From assembly GCA_040954595.2 (NCBI GenBank), contig CM082598.2, positions 1,178,001-1,242,000 on the forward strand: a stretch of 64,000 bases of DNA. Direction: 5' to 3'. Each line of letters begins with the position of its first letter. The stretch's first letter is position 1. Shown here piece after piece: positions 35,301 through 49,030 of this stretch. A model generated the notes under the pieces. It made no database searches, was not told the DNA's origin, and worked only from the letters and a program-made list of their open reading frames with translations. The stretch is from Balanoglossus misakiensis. Taxonomy: Eukaryota; Animalia; Hemichordata. The position numbers and the translations under genes were made by a program.

Positions 35301-37049
35301 ATGATGGAATATCGAAGTCAACGTAAATATACCGGCAATGTGAAAGCGGTAGTATTTGACTGGGCAGGTACTGTGGTCGACTGTGGCGTTTTTGCACCAG
35401 TACTGACATTTGTTGGAATATTTGACAAAGAAGGTGTACCTATCACTGATGAGGAGGCTAGAGGGCCCATGGGTACCCATAAGAGGGTGATTATACTCTA
35501 TGCAATTTTACCAGGTGTTTTACTGATTAAAATTCGTCAATCAGTAGACTGATTATACTAGTTTGTTTTTCCGGACTTGGCAAATCTGAACACCAAGATT
35601 TCTGTTTATGTACGTCTGATATCTCCTGCTTGGGGATTATCACTAATCTTAGGTTCCTGTACAGAATGCAGAAATTACAATTACATATACTGTTATCAAA
35701 TAGTACGTAATTTAATGATTTTTTCTTCTGATTTTACGTAGGTGCACATACAGAAAATATTGGAGAATGAAGGTGTGAAAAGTCGATGGATATCAAAGCA
35801 TGGAAAAGCTCCAAGTGAAGAAGATGTTGACAGAATGTACAGAGAATTTGTTCCGAGACAGCTATTGTGTATTGCTGAGCATTCAAATGTTATCACAGGT
35901 GAGGTCAAAGGTTTCAGCTGGAGATATATAAGTTGAAGATAAAAAGTATGTTGTCTCTCTGTTGTCTAGTATCTGTGTTCTGTCCTTTGCTTCAAAAACA
36001 AGCAAAGAGGACAGAAAACAGCTAGATTCTAGACAAGTTTCCCTGAGATATTGCAGATGTAATTATAGCATGTAAATGAAAAGACTTTTTTGTTGATTTA
36101 AAATGGTTTGTTTGTTTGACAATGTCTTGCTGTCTTTAGGTGTTGTAAAAACTGTTCAAAACTTAAAAGATGCTGGAATCAAGATTGGATCTACAACTGG
36201 TTTCCCAAACGCCATTGTTGACGTACTGAAACCGTTAGCTGCAAAACAAGGCTATGTTCCGGACTGCTACGTGGCGTCTGACGATGTCCCCCAGTCCAGA
36301 CCATGCCCATATATGGTATGGCTGAATGGAATTAAATTAGATGTTCATCCAATAGAAGCAATTGTTAAGGTCAGTTGCCATTATAGTTCAATTAATATAG
36401 AACCATTTTACTTTCTTGAACTGGATATATGGTGAAGAAATTTTAATTCACAAGTCAGTTGAAGACACTTTGACTTATCATCTGTGATTTGTAGGTTGAT
36501 GACACCGTGGATGGTGTGAGAGAAGGTACTTCTGCAGGATGTTGGAGTGTTGGTGTTGCAAAAACAGTAAGTGTCTTCCAGTGTTTTGTTTGTTTGTCAA
36601 TCAAAGAGACTTGCTGTCAGTGTTGCCAAATGGTCCTAAGACTAACCTATAGTGGCCAGTCAAGGGACTTTCCTAAACTGGCGTTTATATACAGGTGATC
36701 ATTATAGACGTCAATAAATTAACATGTTGATTGCACAGTGACTGTAACAAAGTGGCTACTATATAGAGATGGCCACTAACACAGTTTGACTGCTCCTTGT
36801 CAAATGCTATGGACAGGGCTCTCATCTTGACAAGCTGTCCTATTTTTACACTTCCACCAGGGTAACTATGTGGCTGCCTCAGAATCTCAACTGAAAACCA
36901 TGGACCCAGTCGAACTAAACAGAAGATTGAAACGTGCTTATGAAATCCTGATTGACTCTGGCGCTCACTACGTGATTGACAGCGTGGCCGATCTACCTGA
37001 GGTCATCAATGACATCAACGCCAGGCTGAAACGAGGAGAAAAGCCATGA
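35301..37049 (+). CDS. phnX: Phosphonoacetaldehyde hydrolase (phosphonatase, HAD superfamily)
   Basis: Exons 35301-35486, 35742-35898, 36140-36369, 36495-36566 and 36861-37049 total 834 nt in frame. HAD motif [15 protein letters not shown], cap [15 protein letters not shown] (Schiff-base Lys), [54 protein letters not shown]. Confidence 0.92.
36640..36792. mobile_element. MITE copy (inverted), family of 325-482
   Basis: CTATAGTGGCCAGTCAAGGGACTTTCCTAAACTGG...GGCCACTAACACAGTTTGACTG. Confidence 0.7.
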
Positions 37050-39460
37050 ATTTTGTCATCCACTTGACAGAAAAAATATCAATTCAATTATGGCGGTTTA
37101 ATATGTGCATATGAATGTTGGGAATACAGGGTTAACAGAAAGATCCTTTAATTGTGTTGTATGGATTCTTGTCTTTCTCTGACTGTAATAAACATTTTAA
37201 GAGTACAGTGTATCTTGGATGATCATTATGTTGTTTTATTTGCTCAGATATGTGATATGCATGGATTATTGCAACTGGGTCACACACGTGCATTTGAAAA
37301 GCTTCTGAAACGTCTCTCAGGTCAAATACTGGATTACACACAACGACACAAGACACAAATTTTGCAGCAGAATGCATTTCCTGTTGAGTTTTTATTCATG
37401 ACACCAGCATCATAGAAACAAATGTATTTGATACTGGCATCGATCTGAGGTTACTAAGTGATATTACAAAGACATAAGAAATAATACAAAAGATGCATGT
37501 CTAAATCTGACACCTACATGCATACACGAAATATATCATATATCCATATTAATATTCATAAACACTACTAATAGCCAGTTCTCTAAAAATCACCATAGAA
37601 ACAAATGTATTTGGTGAAGAACTTCAGCCTCTAATCTACCATAAATCATAAGAAAAAATTTGAAAGTGATTACATGGACCTTTATGATAACATACAAATC
37701 TGCTGTTCTAGGTTTCATCATAGCTGCTTTACCTGTTACCAGTGATGCTATGGTTTCACCCCATTGTTCTAAATGGCAAGGTTGGACACGTGTACTGCAA
37801 AACAGGCATGAAAGGGCTTCAAATCGTAACTCAGTATAATCTGAAACATTATTTTGTGTGAATTTTTTCCCTTGGATTTTTTTTTCAAAGCAAACAAGTT
37901 AATATACCTGACATGATCTCAAAACACGTGAATCCAGTACAGAGTCTGATACTTAAGAATATGCCCCTCAAAATCAACCATTTACCCCTGTTTCATCATT
38001 CTCACCATTTCCTTGACAACCTTTACCCAATGAACAGTACTTTCCATGCTACATAAAATCATACAATTCTCTTGGCACTAAGTACTGAATATAAAACATA
38101 CTTTTCTACCGAGTACAAAACACTGTACACAACCAGAAAAATATAAAATGCACATTTCTAACATATATTTGTATGTATGTATAGTTGCCTATTAAGTTTT
38201 GATTGAAATGAATACATTTGGAATATACTGTACATGTACTTAATATATCTGGATAAACACAATTACCGTATTCAGTTTTTATGCCCAAAATGTTACATCA
38301 AGTTGCTAGTGAACAAAACTATGATAGTACTGCTTTTTTGTTGATTTTCTTTTTTAATTTTTTTGTCCATTTTTAGTCAAACTGAATGTACTATTTTTAA
38401 GTGATATATAATAACAGTTCCTGATGTGATATATAAATTTTCTTAACAAGTACAAAAGTGAAAATGCACATTGATTAACAAAATGACAGTGCTTTTCTTG
38501 GGTAATATTATGTTACTCAAACTTTCAAAAGAAAAGGGGGGGGGGTACTTGGTTCAATGTCAATGCCAAACTTGCCTTTGGGGATGGTTTCATCAATCAT
38601 TTGAAGCCACAGACCAACAGGAGAAGCACCTTTCTAAATTTGAAACACACTAGAAGAAAACTTGCAATTTTACTTGAAAATAAAGTATCTTGAATATTTC
38701 TCTTTTTTTGTATAAAACAGTGATTTCTAAAAGGTCCATGATTGACATAAAAATTCCATTTTCTGCCATATTGTAATGTAAATTTGCTAAAAATGCCTTT
38801 CGATACATTTTTGAGAAATTAATATCACATGAGACAAAATTTTTCTTATCAAGATACTCTGCACAAAACATTACTTTTTTTCTCCTAATTAGTTTTATTT
38901 TGTAAATGAATTAATAGAAAATATTGAAACAATATTAATCAAAGACTAGTTTGCAGCAAATCTGAAAAAAATTATCATTTTTGGTCGATCTCCAGAAATT
39001 AAGCTGTGAGTTCAGAAAAAATGTGACACACTTCCCAATAATTTCTGTTTGCAAAATTCAGACAACATATTATTCCGGTGAGGAATTTTTACAACACAAA
39101 CTGACTCAGGTAATGAACTTGTACATAATCTTGCAATTCTATAAATAAACAAAACCCTTGTACCACACCACATCCTTTTTCTAACATTGCATACATTTCT
39201 GCTATTTTTTTTAATCTCATTATATTATCTTCTTCCAGATTATCTGTGAGTACACCCATCATTTCTATTACCTGTGAGTATTACAGACTCAAAAAAAAAA
39301 TCAAAAAATGAAATACACAGCTTAGACATAATCATCAACTTATCCTGTTATGGTCATGTATCATTCTTGCCTTGGACTAAAGCTCATCATAATTCTATTC
39401 TTATTCCTGAAATAATTCCACAGTTTCCTCCAGGTACACTTCCTTGCAGATGGAGCTCTT

Positions 39461-42400
39461 CTATGATGGTGTGTTTGTCCTTGAGAAAACAAAACAAAAA
39501 CAGATGTCATATTTTCATCAGAGTGAAGACTGTGAATCAACACAGCATTCTGAAATGAACATGAACACAGAATAAAAAAGATATACACTTACTTGATACG
39601 GTTTTGAAGTGCTAGAAATGTTTGTTTGTCCACGTATCGTCCAAAATGTTCCAAGACTTGATTATTACCACTACTATCAGAGGGCACAGCTACGCTATCA
39701 ACAGAAACACTGCTGAGTTCCTTGCCAACCTTTAAAACTAACTCATTCCTATAAAAATTAAAATAAAAGAAAATCTGTTTTATTGAAATACATGTACAGT
39801 GAAACCTGTCATTATGGACACCTCTGTAATCAGGACACCTCTCCATTAAGGATGTTTTTTAATATAAAAGTAACAGTTGTGACAGTCTCTGTGCAGTTTG
39901 CATCCACAGTAAATCACCTGTCTATAAATGCCACCTGTCTATAAAGGCCAGTTTAGGAAAGTCCCTTGGCTGGTCACTATAGGCAGGTTTGACTGTAATA
40001 GATCAGCTTACCATTCAGTCTCTGTGTCTTCATTGATGTCAATTGGTGACTGAGTTGATACGATGTGTTCGCCTTGACGCAGCAACGAACACAAAATAGA
40101 CATACCCAACTGGCAAAACAAAAGAAAAGAACATACTTCGAATTATTTCTTTAAAATTTAAAATGAATTCTGAGCAGATCCATTCATTGAAGAGATTTAA
40201 CAATGTGAACACTAAAGCCTTAAAAATCTTAGCTAAGTGCAAAGTATATATTCTTACCTTATTCTGAACAGCCCAAGACACTGGAGAAGTCCCATGGTGC
40301 ACTGGGGAGACTGCACTAGCACCTGAGGTAAAACTTTTCATCAATGCTACAAGTCTCTCAAAGTCACTGCTTTTAATGACAGCGTTAACAGGTGGATAAA
40401 CTTTTGAAAAATTCTGAAAGAAAAATAGAGAAAAGATGGTATCAAGTTTGCGACAGAGTCTACCACAAAAGAGGCACGCCCCACAAAAGAAATATGGCTA
40501 CACTGTGCATTCTGGTCTTGATTATAATCCACTGGTGTAGCAGTGAACATTAAGTCTCCAGGGACACAAATGAGTATACACAGAAGACTACATATATGTA
40601 AGAAACACTGAACCTCCACTCACGCTATCTTGCTGTTCTTTCTTGATGAAGTAATTGATGTTGTGGAGCAAGGCTTCAACAACTGACGACGCCTGGTGCG
40701 AAGACAACACAGGAATGGCACGACCTACCAACCTTCGACCTTTACTGACACCAAGAATTTGAAGAAAGTAAGTGTCAGACCTAAGAGGGAAAAATAACAA
40801 ACATTGTTAATCACTGGAAAAATATTTCAGGAAGTATAATAAAATTCAGTTTAAAGTTTCAAATTGGAAAAAGTGAGTATTTATATAGCGCCTGGACTAC
40901 TTTATTTGATAGCTGGGTGTTCTCCTTGCATTTGGGCCAGAAGTATTGAAATGCAATAAAATTATTATTACAATTACATTGATTAATTGATAGAAATAGT
41001 TTGAAGAGTAGACAGAAAACTCACCCAGTTTGTAGTTTGTTTGGTACATTCAGACTGTTGAAGATCTGATTGACAAGTCTCTGGCGTTCCTGTTCAATGT
41101 CTTTATCATCTTCCGGCAAAGCCAATGCCTTTTTCTCTAAGTCATCCAACTCAAGCAGCAAGGTGTAGATTTTCTCAATGCTTAGAAGTAAATGAGCTCT
41201 CTTTCTTACAGTCAGTTCTTTGCCACCTATGTTCTGCATCAATAAAGACAAATACAGCAAATGAACACATGAAATTACTGAGAGAGAATACATTTACAGA
41301 AGCTGTGAAACAAAATCTTTTCTAACTCTACAGAAATGTATATCTATGTGTTTCAAATACCATACTCAGCGGGTTAAAGGCATTTCAGAAGGAGCATTGC
41401 AAGGGGACTTCATGACTTTCTGCTGTTGCTTTTTCTTGAGTTAGCTGTGACTAAAGCTATCATGTCAATAATTACCATATCATCATCTTGAGAAGGTGTC
41501 TTCACATTGATCATCTTCCTCGGGTTGTTCACACTTGCAACAGACACTGTTCCCAGTGTTCCTTCAAAATGAGCTGGTTTGTACTGCCTTGCTTCCATTT
41601 GTTTGGGCTGTGGCATGATGATCTTCGGGTCGTTGTCTTTGTTTTCCGATTGTAATCCGCTGTTCTGTTTTTCCTGAGCTCGCTTTTGCAGCACAAATGT
41701 CTGAAAGGTAAAACGTTTATTACAGAAAGTCAGAAGTGAAGTAATTTCTGAGAGCAATGATAAATAAATAAATAAATAAATAAACAAATAAATAAACTAA
41801 CAGACTTACTTGATAGTAATAGTCATCTAAATATGGATTATTACTTTGAAGTTGCATCATTTGTATCTTGATGATCCAATCCTTCTCTTTCTGTGTCATC
41901 AAATTGTCATATTCGTGCATAGATCCATTGGGGCGGTCTGCTGGATGATAGTACCTATTGTTTCTACCACGTTGGTCATATTGTCTGTATCCTCCTCTGT
42001 TGTCCTGGTTACGTCTGAAGAGAGGATTTACAAAAATGAAAATCTAGTGTACATGTACAAAGACAAGCATCAGTAATCAGATTCAGATACTCTTGATTTA
42101 GCATACTTACTGTGGTGTTCTTTGGTTGAATTGTCTGTTGTAGGGCGACATTTGTGGGGCATCACCGCCACCCATACCAGGCATTCTGAAATTAAAACAC
42201 AAAAGACATGATTATAGTTTATATATACTGGGCAGTGTCACGGTGGTTGGCCTCTGAATATTTCCCATCTTGACGTTTTCCATCTTCCAGTTTGGATGAG
42301 AGTTTCCATGCCACTCCAAAAGGTGTTGTCCAATGACCAGTGGTAATAGTTGTTGTGAAGTGCCTTGAGCACAAATTGTGGATAGGTGCGCTATATAAGA

Positions 42401-44921
42401 ACTCCCTATTATTATTATTATCACACTGACCTGTGAAACTGTTGAGGGCTCTGAGACATCAACGCAGACATAGGTGGTGAAGCTCGTCCGTGCATTCCAG
42501 GTGGTCGCATGCGTCCTGCCAAATGGGGTGGTATCTGACCCCGAGGGAAGAGCGACCCCTGGGGTGGGGGTGGGATCCCTGGCGACATGTGTTGGGAGAG
42601 AAGTGGGTGAGACGCAAGGGGTGATGCGCGGCCTTCCTGGATCATCTGGTTGAGTTGTGTGGGTGAGATGCGTCCGCCGGACCGACTGATCTGTTGGTGC
42701 ATATGATGCAGGATGTGGGGTGGAACTGCTCCTGGTGACTGAAGAAACGAAAGATGTATTTTAAACGACTTGGTACCATACCCGCGAGGGTTAGGGTCAA
42801 CTATACAAGGCTAGAGATGTTGGATCATGCATGGGCAAATAGTTCGTCAGTGCAAAAATGCTGTATCTGTATATATTCTACGAGTTTTGTAAAACGTTTT
42901 ACCTGGTGATGTAACTGTTGGTGCATTGCATGTTGAAAGAACTGTGGTTTAGGCGGTGTGCCTATGGGCAGAGCGGTACTGGGTGGCGAACCGAAGATCG
43001 GCGATACGGTCCGCGGAGGTGGCGCTCTTCTCCGCAAGTTCTGCTCCAGTTCTTCCGCGGTCATCGCCATTCGCACTGGCTGAGCAGGACTGGACATCTG
43101 CTGCAGATAACTTTCCTGCTTTGATGCGGATAGGGAAAAGGGTAATCCAGTTGGACTCTGTGATTTTGGAGATTTGTCACCGATGGACGTCACGACAGCG
43201 GAATCCTAGATGTAGAGAATACAAGTACAGTTCAGACCAAGCATTCTTTTCCAATGAGCTTACAATGGGCTAGCCTGGTGTTAGTTCTACCATAAACAGA
43301 AATCTCAGAGACTTATATTTCCTAATGATTAAAAACTGAGGACACGCTAGTTGTTGGTATTCACATTTTCTATTAAATCCTGGGATGTTTTTCCCCCTTT
43401 CTATATAAACAGACAAATATTGAATCTTACCACCAGAGATGGCGGGAGACTTGTTGATTCTTTCCCAATGTTAAGAAGCGATTTCAGCTTCTCATCTGGT
43501 GAGGGGGCTCTAGGTGAGCTCCAGATATTGTTGTGTTTTGGTGACATCAGGTATCCTGGATCCAGTAACGTTGGCGGTGATGGGCTGAATAAACTACGGC
43601 TCAGACCTGGTCCTCCCTGAAAATACACAAAAAACATTGTAAGAAGGACAGTTTCGAAGTTAACGCTCTGTAGACATTGCAAGCATATTGGAAATACAGT
43701 AATACTGTTTACATATACTTACACTAGGCATATTGATGGGCTTTGCCTTGGATGATACCATGATGGCTGGGTCATCAATATCATCATCTAATACAAGTTT
43801 ATTAATACTCTGTTCCATGAAATCATCCTGCAATGACAACCATGTACATTCATGATGTTACATCTTTCCAAGTATAAACTGTTCCGTAAACATGCAACAA
43901 AATTTGATTATAAACACATACAGACTATATCATAATCTTACATTAGGGGATGTAGGCCTTTCACTTGTGTGAAACCCTGAATCCAATGATCTGGTACTGG
44001 TATCACGTTTTCCATTGTCATCATCATCCAAACTATTGCCACGATATGCCTTCGCAAACTGTTCATGAGTTGATTCCCAGTTTCCACCTGCAGAGGAGAT
44101 TTCAAGAAAGAATGTACATAAACTGAGAAAGCTGATTGCATACATGCACTAAGCTATATACAAATTGCACTAGTAGATTTACTTTAGGGAAAAGACTGGG
44201 TTCTGATCGACTTGATACAAGTAACTTCAACAATAAAACTTACTTGTTGCCCCATCACCAAAAGTATCATCATTCAGAGCATCATAATTCTCTTCCAAAA
44301 CATCAGCCACTTCTTCTCCAGGTATGTCGCCCCCATAGGACTGAAGTACCAAAACGAAAGTTGCATAAATGTAAAAAAGCCCACAACTCGGGTAAAGTGA
44401 ATACATGAATTTAGAAGAACTCAAAATTAATGACAATGTTCAAGTTGACCTGAAAAGAAAAGAGTAAAGTGTTGTTCCTTTAACTGTGCCATCCCTTGAA
44501 ATGACGTCATTTTCCGAAATGCCGTGCGGGAAACCCCTTTTCACGAATAAATTGTAAATGTACACAGTGACACACGCACAATTTCGGTAATAAACACACG
44601 CCAATAAACGAGTTTGCAATACACGAGGTTGCTACACATATAAGCTTCCTTGTCAGTACTCTCAACAGGAAATTTACGAAATCAAAACAAACCAAAACAA
44701 CAATTCAAGGTAAAACAGGAAGTTGTGAAACCACTATCGTGCAAGAGAGAGCGTTACACTTTGAGTTGTAAACGACACGCAAGTTGCATTTAGCTATCGA
44801 TTTTGTTCAGCGTGCTTTGCAAAGCGGGAAACGATACACATTGCTCAAGTATAACAGAAATGGAAAATAGTTTTAAACTTACCGACAAAGCGGAGGGAAA
44901 CCCGAAAAAACTATCACTCAT
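39461..44921 (-). CDS. PATL1: Protein PAT1 homolog 1 (decapping/deadenylation scaffold)
   Basis: ATG at 44921 (MSDSFFGF), [10 protein letters not shown], Pro/Gln-rich middle, [90 protein letters not shown]. Stop TAG at about 39463-39461. Confidence 0.92.
39797..39995. mobile_element. MITE, Tc1/mariner-pogo-like (composite of the 325-482 family)
   Basis: TA-CAGTGAAACCTGTC...GCAGGTTTGACTG-TA. Confidence 0.7.
41760..41797. repeat. (TAAA)n microsatellite
   Basis: Direct reading. Confidence 0.85.
42335..42421 (+). mobile_element. SINE/L2-type 3' tail fragment
   Basis: TGTGAAGTGCCTTGAGCA...TGCGCTATATAAGA...(TAT)n, a typical L2-derived SINE tail. Confidence 0.55.
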
Positions 44922-45672
44922 TTCGTATCATCTTCAAAAACAACTGTATAAGAGACACACAGACGTGAACGGACAAATTTAGAAACTAGGTCATAGTATG
45001 CACCATTATATCATAGGGGTGTACCAGAAACGCGAAAACGGTGCTGGTACGGGTAAATGGATATGAATTTCGATGACTGTGGAGTTTTTATTTTCATGAT
45101 CCGAGTGATCAATCAACAACGCATATCGGAAGTACATCGCTGGTATTACCAGGGTCCAAAAGAGGAATAAAATACGGAATATATATCAATTTGACGAACA
45201 CCCTGAAATGCGATGCTTCGGATCTGAGATTGAGAAAGACTCAGTGAGTCTTCACTCAGTGTACTATATGTCGACTGAAAGTGAAGACAACAGTTTAATT
45301 TTCATGTGTGTGAAGTGATCGTGATCTTGAGGAGATAAATGGCAATCATGAAAACGAATGTGTGTATATTTTCTTTATTGTCTGTCCTGTAGCTTTCGCA
45401 TCACATCATAACCCACTGAGTAATAACCCGCCGATATTGAAAAAGTGCAAAATGGCATCGTCTACGCGCCTGCGCTTTTGAACATTTTAAAACGAGGCAA
45501 GCACCGCCATCGGTCTGCTGAAACGAAAATTTAACGAACATTTCCGAAGACAAAACTATCAATTTTTCCCACTCTTTTCTTCGGTTCAAATTTACCTACG
45601 GTTGCTTTTCATTAGTTTTCGGAACCCTAACGAAATTTTCTGAAAGTTTCGAGGGGCGAAAAGCGCGCAAAG
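44922..45672. promoter_or_regulatory. Divergent promoter PATL1/DEAF1 with a TTCG/CGAA cluster
   Basis: Start codons about 750 bp apart, head to head; CpG-rich; eight TTCG/CGAA sites in 45524-45660. Confidence 0.65.
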
Positions 45673-48600
45673 ATGGAGGCGAACGATGTGACGGAAGTGG
45701 CCGTAATGTCGGAAGGCATCGACATATCCGAAGAATTGCACCCGAATAGCGATGACAGTGTCCATGCTGTGTACACGAGCACTGAGCAGACAGCAAGCAA
45801 CGATCAAGTGTTTACAACGACACCCACGGCAATTCTAACAGCCGAAGGGATTCAGGTAAGGACAGAGCCTGTTAATGACCTCCAGTATTCAAGTCATGCA
45901 TCTGCTGATCGACTTTTGTTCTGATGTGTGGTAATCGCGCCCCTGGCTGTGTGTATTTCGAATGCGTGTGCAGAAATCCAGGAACGTACATACATGTTCA
46001 TTGCAAATGCAATGAACATGCATTTCCTGGTCTGCAGTGTGAGAAATCGAGAGGAAAATTTGTCAGACCCGCATAAGAAGGAGCCACCCAGAAATAAATG
46101 TTTAAAACAGAAACCATATCCGACTCATCTGCATGTAGTCTCTTCTGTTGTTGTTTGTTGTTGTTGTTTTAGGGGGGCGTGTCTGTGGTTGTGAGAACTT
46201 AAGAAGTAAGCGCCTCTTTCCAAGAAAATTATTTACACCCGGCTTACTTCTTTAGGGATGTTTTGTTATTTTTATGTCTGTCAATTAATGATTCATATTG
46301 TAACGTGTACCATGTCTTGTTTTCCAAACAACAGGTGCATGATCACCACGCTTTGAAAACAACACACATAGTCACTGTTGTACAAGATAACAACACGGTT
46401 GCCACGGTAGCACTCGACACATTGAAAGCACCACAGACACCTCAGACGCCCATCACTCCAGCGACCCCTGCCACTCCATATTCCGGCAAAGATAAACCGT
46501 CAAAGTACAACTGGGACGATTCAGTCCATCTTCCAATCTTACCCGTGAGATGCAGAAATCAAAGTGCAGAGTTACACAAATGCAAACTTGGCTCAGGTAT
46601 GTCACTTAACATTTTATGTACAATTCAGAGTGAAAGATACAGATCCCAATCCCCCTCGGGACTGTGATTCACCCCCCAAAACAGACTGTTTCACTCAGCC
46701 TTGAGTAACAGTATGTTTTGGGGGGTGACTCACAATCCCTCGGGTTACAGACGTATGCTGTTGCCCTCATGGCCAGTCAATATGTGTATACTGCTTATTG
46801 CATCATCTGGTATATAAAATTAATCTCGTCCTCTGCAGGTGGCCGAGGTCGTTGTATCAAAATGGCTGACACTTGGTACACACCCACAGAGTTCGAATCT
46901 CACTGTGGGAGGGGCAATAGTAAAGACTGGAAGCGTAGCATACGCTATGGTGGTAGGACGCTACAGTGTTTGATAGAGGAAGGTATTTTACAGCCACATG
47001 CCACGTCCTGCACTTGTGCAGCTTGTTGTGATGATGAAGCCGTGGTGAGTACAGTTAAGTAACCATTTTTGTTATGTATCGCATACACAGTACTTTGCAG
47101 GCTTCTTACCTTTCTGACTCTTCAGTTTGGTATGATCCTATTATTACAGTGGTAAAGGATGGATCCATAGACCAGAACAAGGGGGTGAAATAGTCGCAGA
47201 AGTGCAGGTGAACATATCCTGAAGTGAAAATGCTGTCTTTCACTTAGTCACATTGATAGCTCCCAATGTGAAATTCCGCCTAAGCTGGCAACCTGCTAAA
47301 CTGGACAGCTTTTTTAGTCTTCTTCATACACAATGTACATGTGACATAAACTGTGGGAAGTACCTCTATAAACCGGACACCTGTAACAAGAAGTGTTCCC
47401 AGTACCTTTGGTGTCCGGTTTATACAGGTTTATTTTAGAAATGGAGTGTTTCATAGTGTTTCTTGTTCATTGATTCCATCAGTCTGGCCCTGTTCGACTG
47501 TTTGTGCCGTACAAAAGAAGAAAACGAGGAGAGAGCGAAAGTGGATCAACACCGCCAAGGAAAACCGCGAGGAGTGCTTCTGTGAAAACAAAAGAAAGTA
47601 AGTATTCAAATGTGTCATGTCTTTGATAATGTAGTCACTCTGCTGTAGGGGCTTTCGCAGAAGTTTGTTATGTTTGCAGTCTTGTTGATGTTTGTTTTAT
47701 CTTTGTGTCTGCAGGGTCTTTCAGCGTGGATGAACGTAACGGTGAGATAACAGTGACAGAGACGACCAATGCAGTGCAGCTACAACCCATGACTCCTCCT
47801 GCACCGAAACAAACCGACACAGAACAAGCTTGGTGGCATCTTGAAGAGGTGAGACTAGACTCTTTCGACAGAGGGTGGCAGTGGTCTCCCTAAGAGCCTT
47901 CACCAGGGCAAGCCCACTTTAAAATTTCATGAAAGTTATAGTAGAAGCAGGTTTACTCACAAACTCTCAATGTTTGTGTGAGAAGGCTGCTTTGACAAAG
48001 CTGAATGTTTCTGCATACATGTACTTGTATTTCAAGAGTACAAAGCATGATCCTCTACTGCCTTTATGATATAAATGCCATTTTGACTTCTTCTTTTTTC
48101 AAGATGGCCAACTCATTGATCCAACAAGCACAGCAATTAAAGGCAATGATAGAACAAGCCAAGGCCCAGGCCCATGCTGCCAAAGATGCTGCCGTCGCCC
48201 AGGCGAAATTACAATACGAAACAGAAAAGAAAGAGGTAAGTCTATAATTCAAGGGTTAAGTAATTTTCATCCCTAGCTACTCGTCTGGGTTTTTGGCAAC
48301 TTGTTTAGAGATTAATTCATATGAAAATCATGCTTTTCTGATCCTTGTGGTGATGCTGTGATTTCTCTGCAGGCATTAACACAGTCACGTCTTGAAGCGC
48401 AAATGCAACTATCGAGGGCGCTGATGGAAGCAAGGGCGGAAAAAGACACGGCTGTAGCACAGGCATTAGCACAGGCCAGGGCTGATAAATTAGAAGCAGT
48501 TGAACAGGCCAAAGAACAGCTTATCAAGGTAGGTTAAAATACAATTCAACCAAGCATTTGAGTCTTGTGTTACAACCGTTTGCGGATTTGCAAGTCAGTG

Positions 48601-49030
48601 CCACTAAGCATCAGTTAAATTTGCCATGCTTATCTTTTTTAACTGCATGAAGTTGTACTATAAAGAAGATATAGTCACCACATTGCAAATGGGAGCAACA
48701 GTGCCCTTGGTGCTATTTTAAAAAAATAAGCTGCTCAGTCAAATGCATGCACAAAAATGGTACCGTAAGTTTTTCTCTCTTCTTCAGCAGACCTGTGTGA
48801 ATTGCGGCCGTGAGGCGCTAAGCGAGTGTACGGGATGTCATCGTGTCAGTTACTGCAGCAGTTTCTGTCAGAGAAAAGATTGGGCCACGCACCAGAATTC
48901 GTGCGGTCAAAACAGTGCCAGTGGGTCACCGTCGCCGATGACCGCCGTCATTGTGTCCGATACAGGAGAACCCCCAGAGGAGGATGAGGATGAGGAGGTT
49001 GTTGAGGAGACAGATAAAGATGATGAATAA
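45673..49030 (+). CDS. DEAF1: Deformed epidermal autoregulatory factor 1 (SAND + MYND zinc finger)
   Basis: [39 protein letters not shown]...[34 protein letters not shown] (SAND, KDWK motif), [25 protein letters not shown], and [41 protein letters not shown]. Confidence 0.95.

Noticed and set aside
35256-37049. Bacterial contamination as the source of phnX
   Set aside because: It has four spliceosomal introns, an intronic host MITE and contiguous animal genes on both sides.
37411-37612. 20-bp direct repeat CATAGAAACAAATGTATTTG
   Set aside because: Only two copies in AT-rich UTR/intergenic DNA, with no associated structure.
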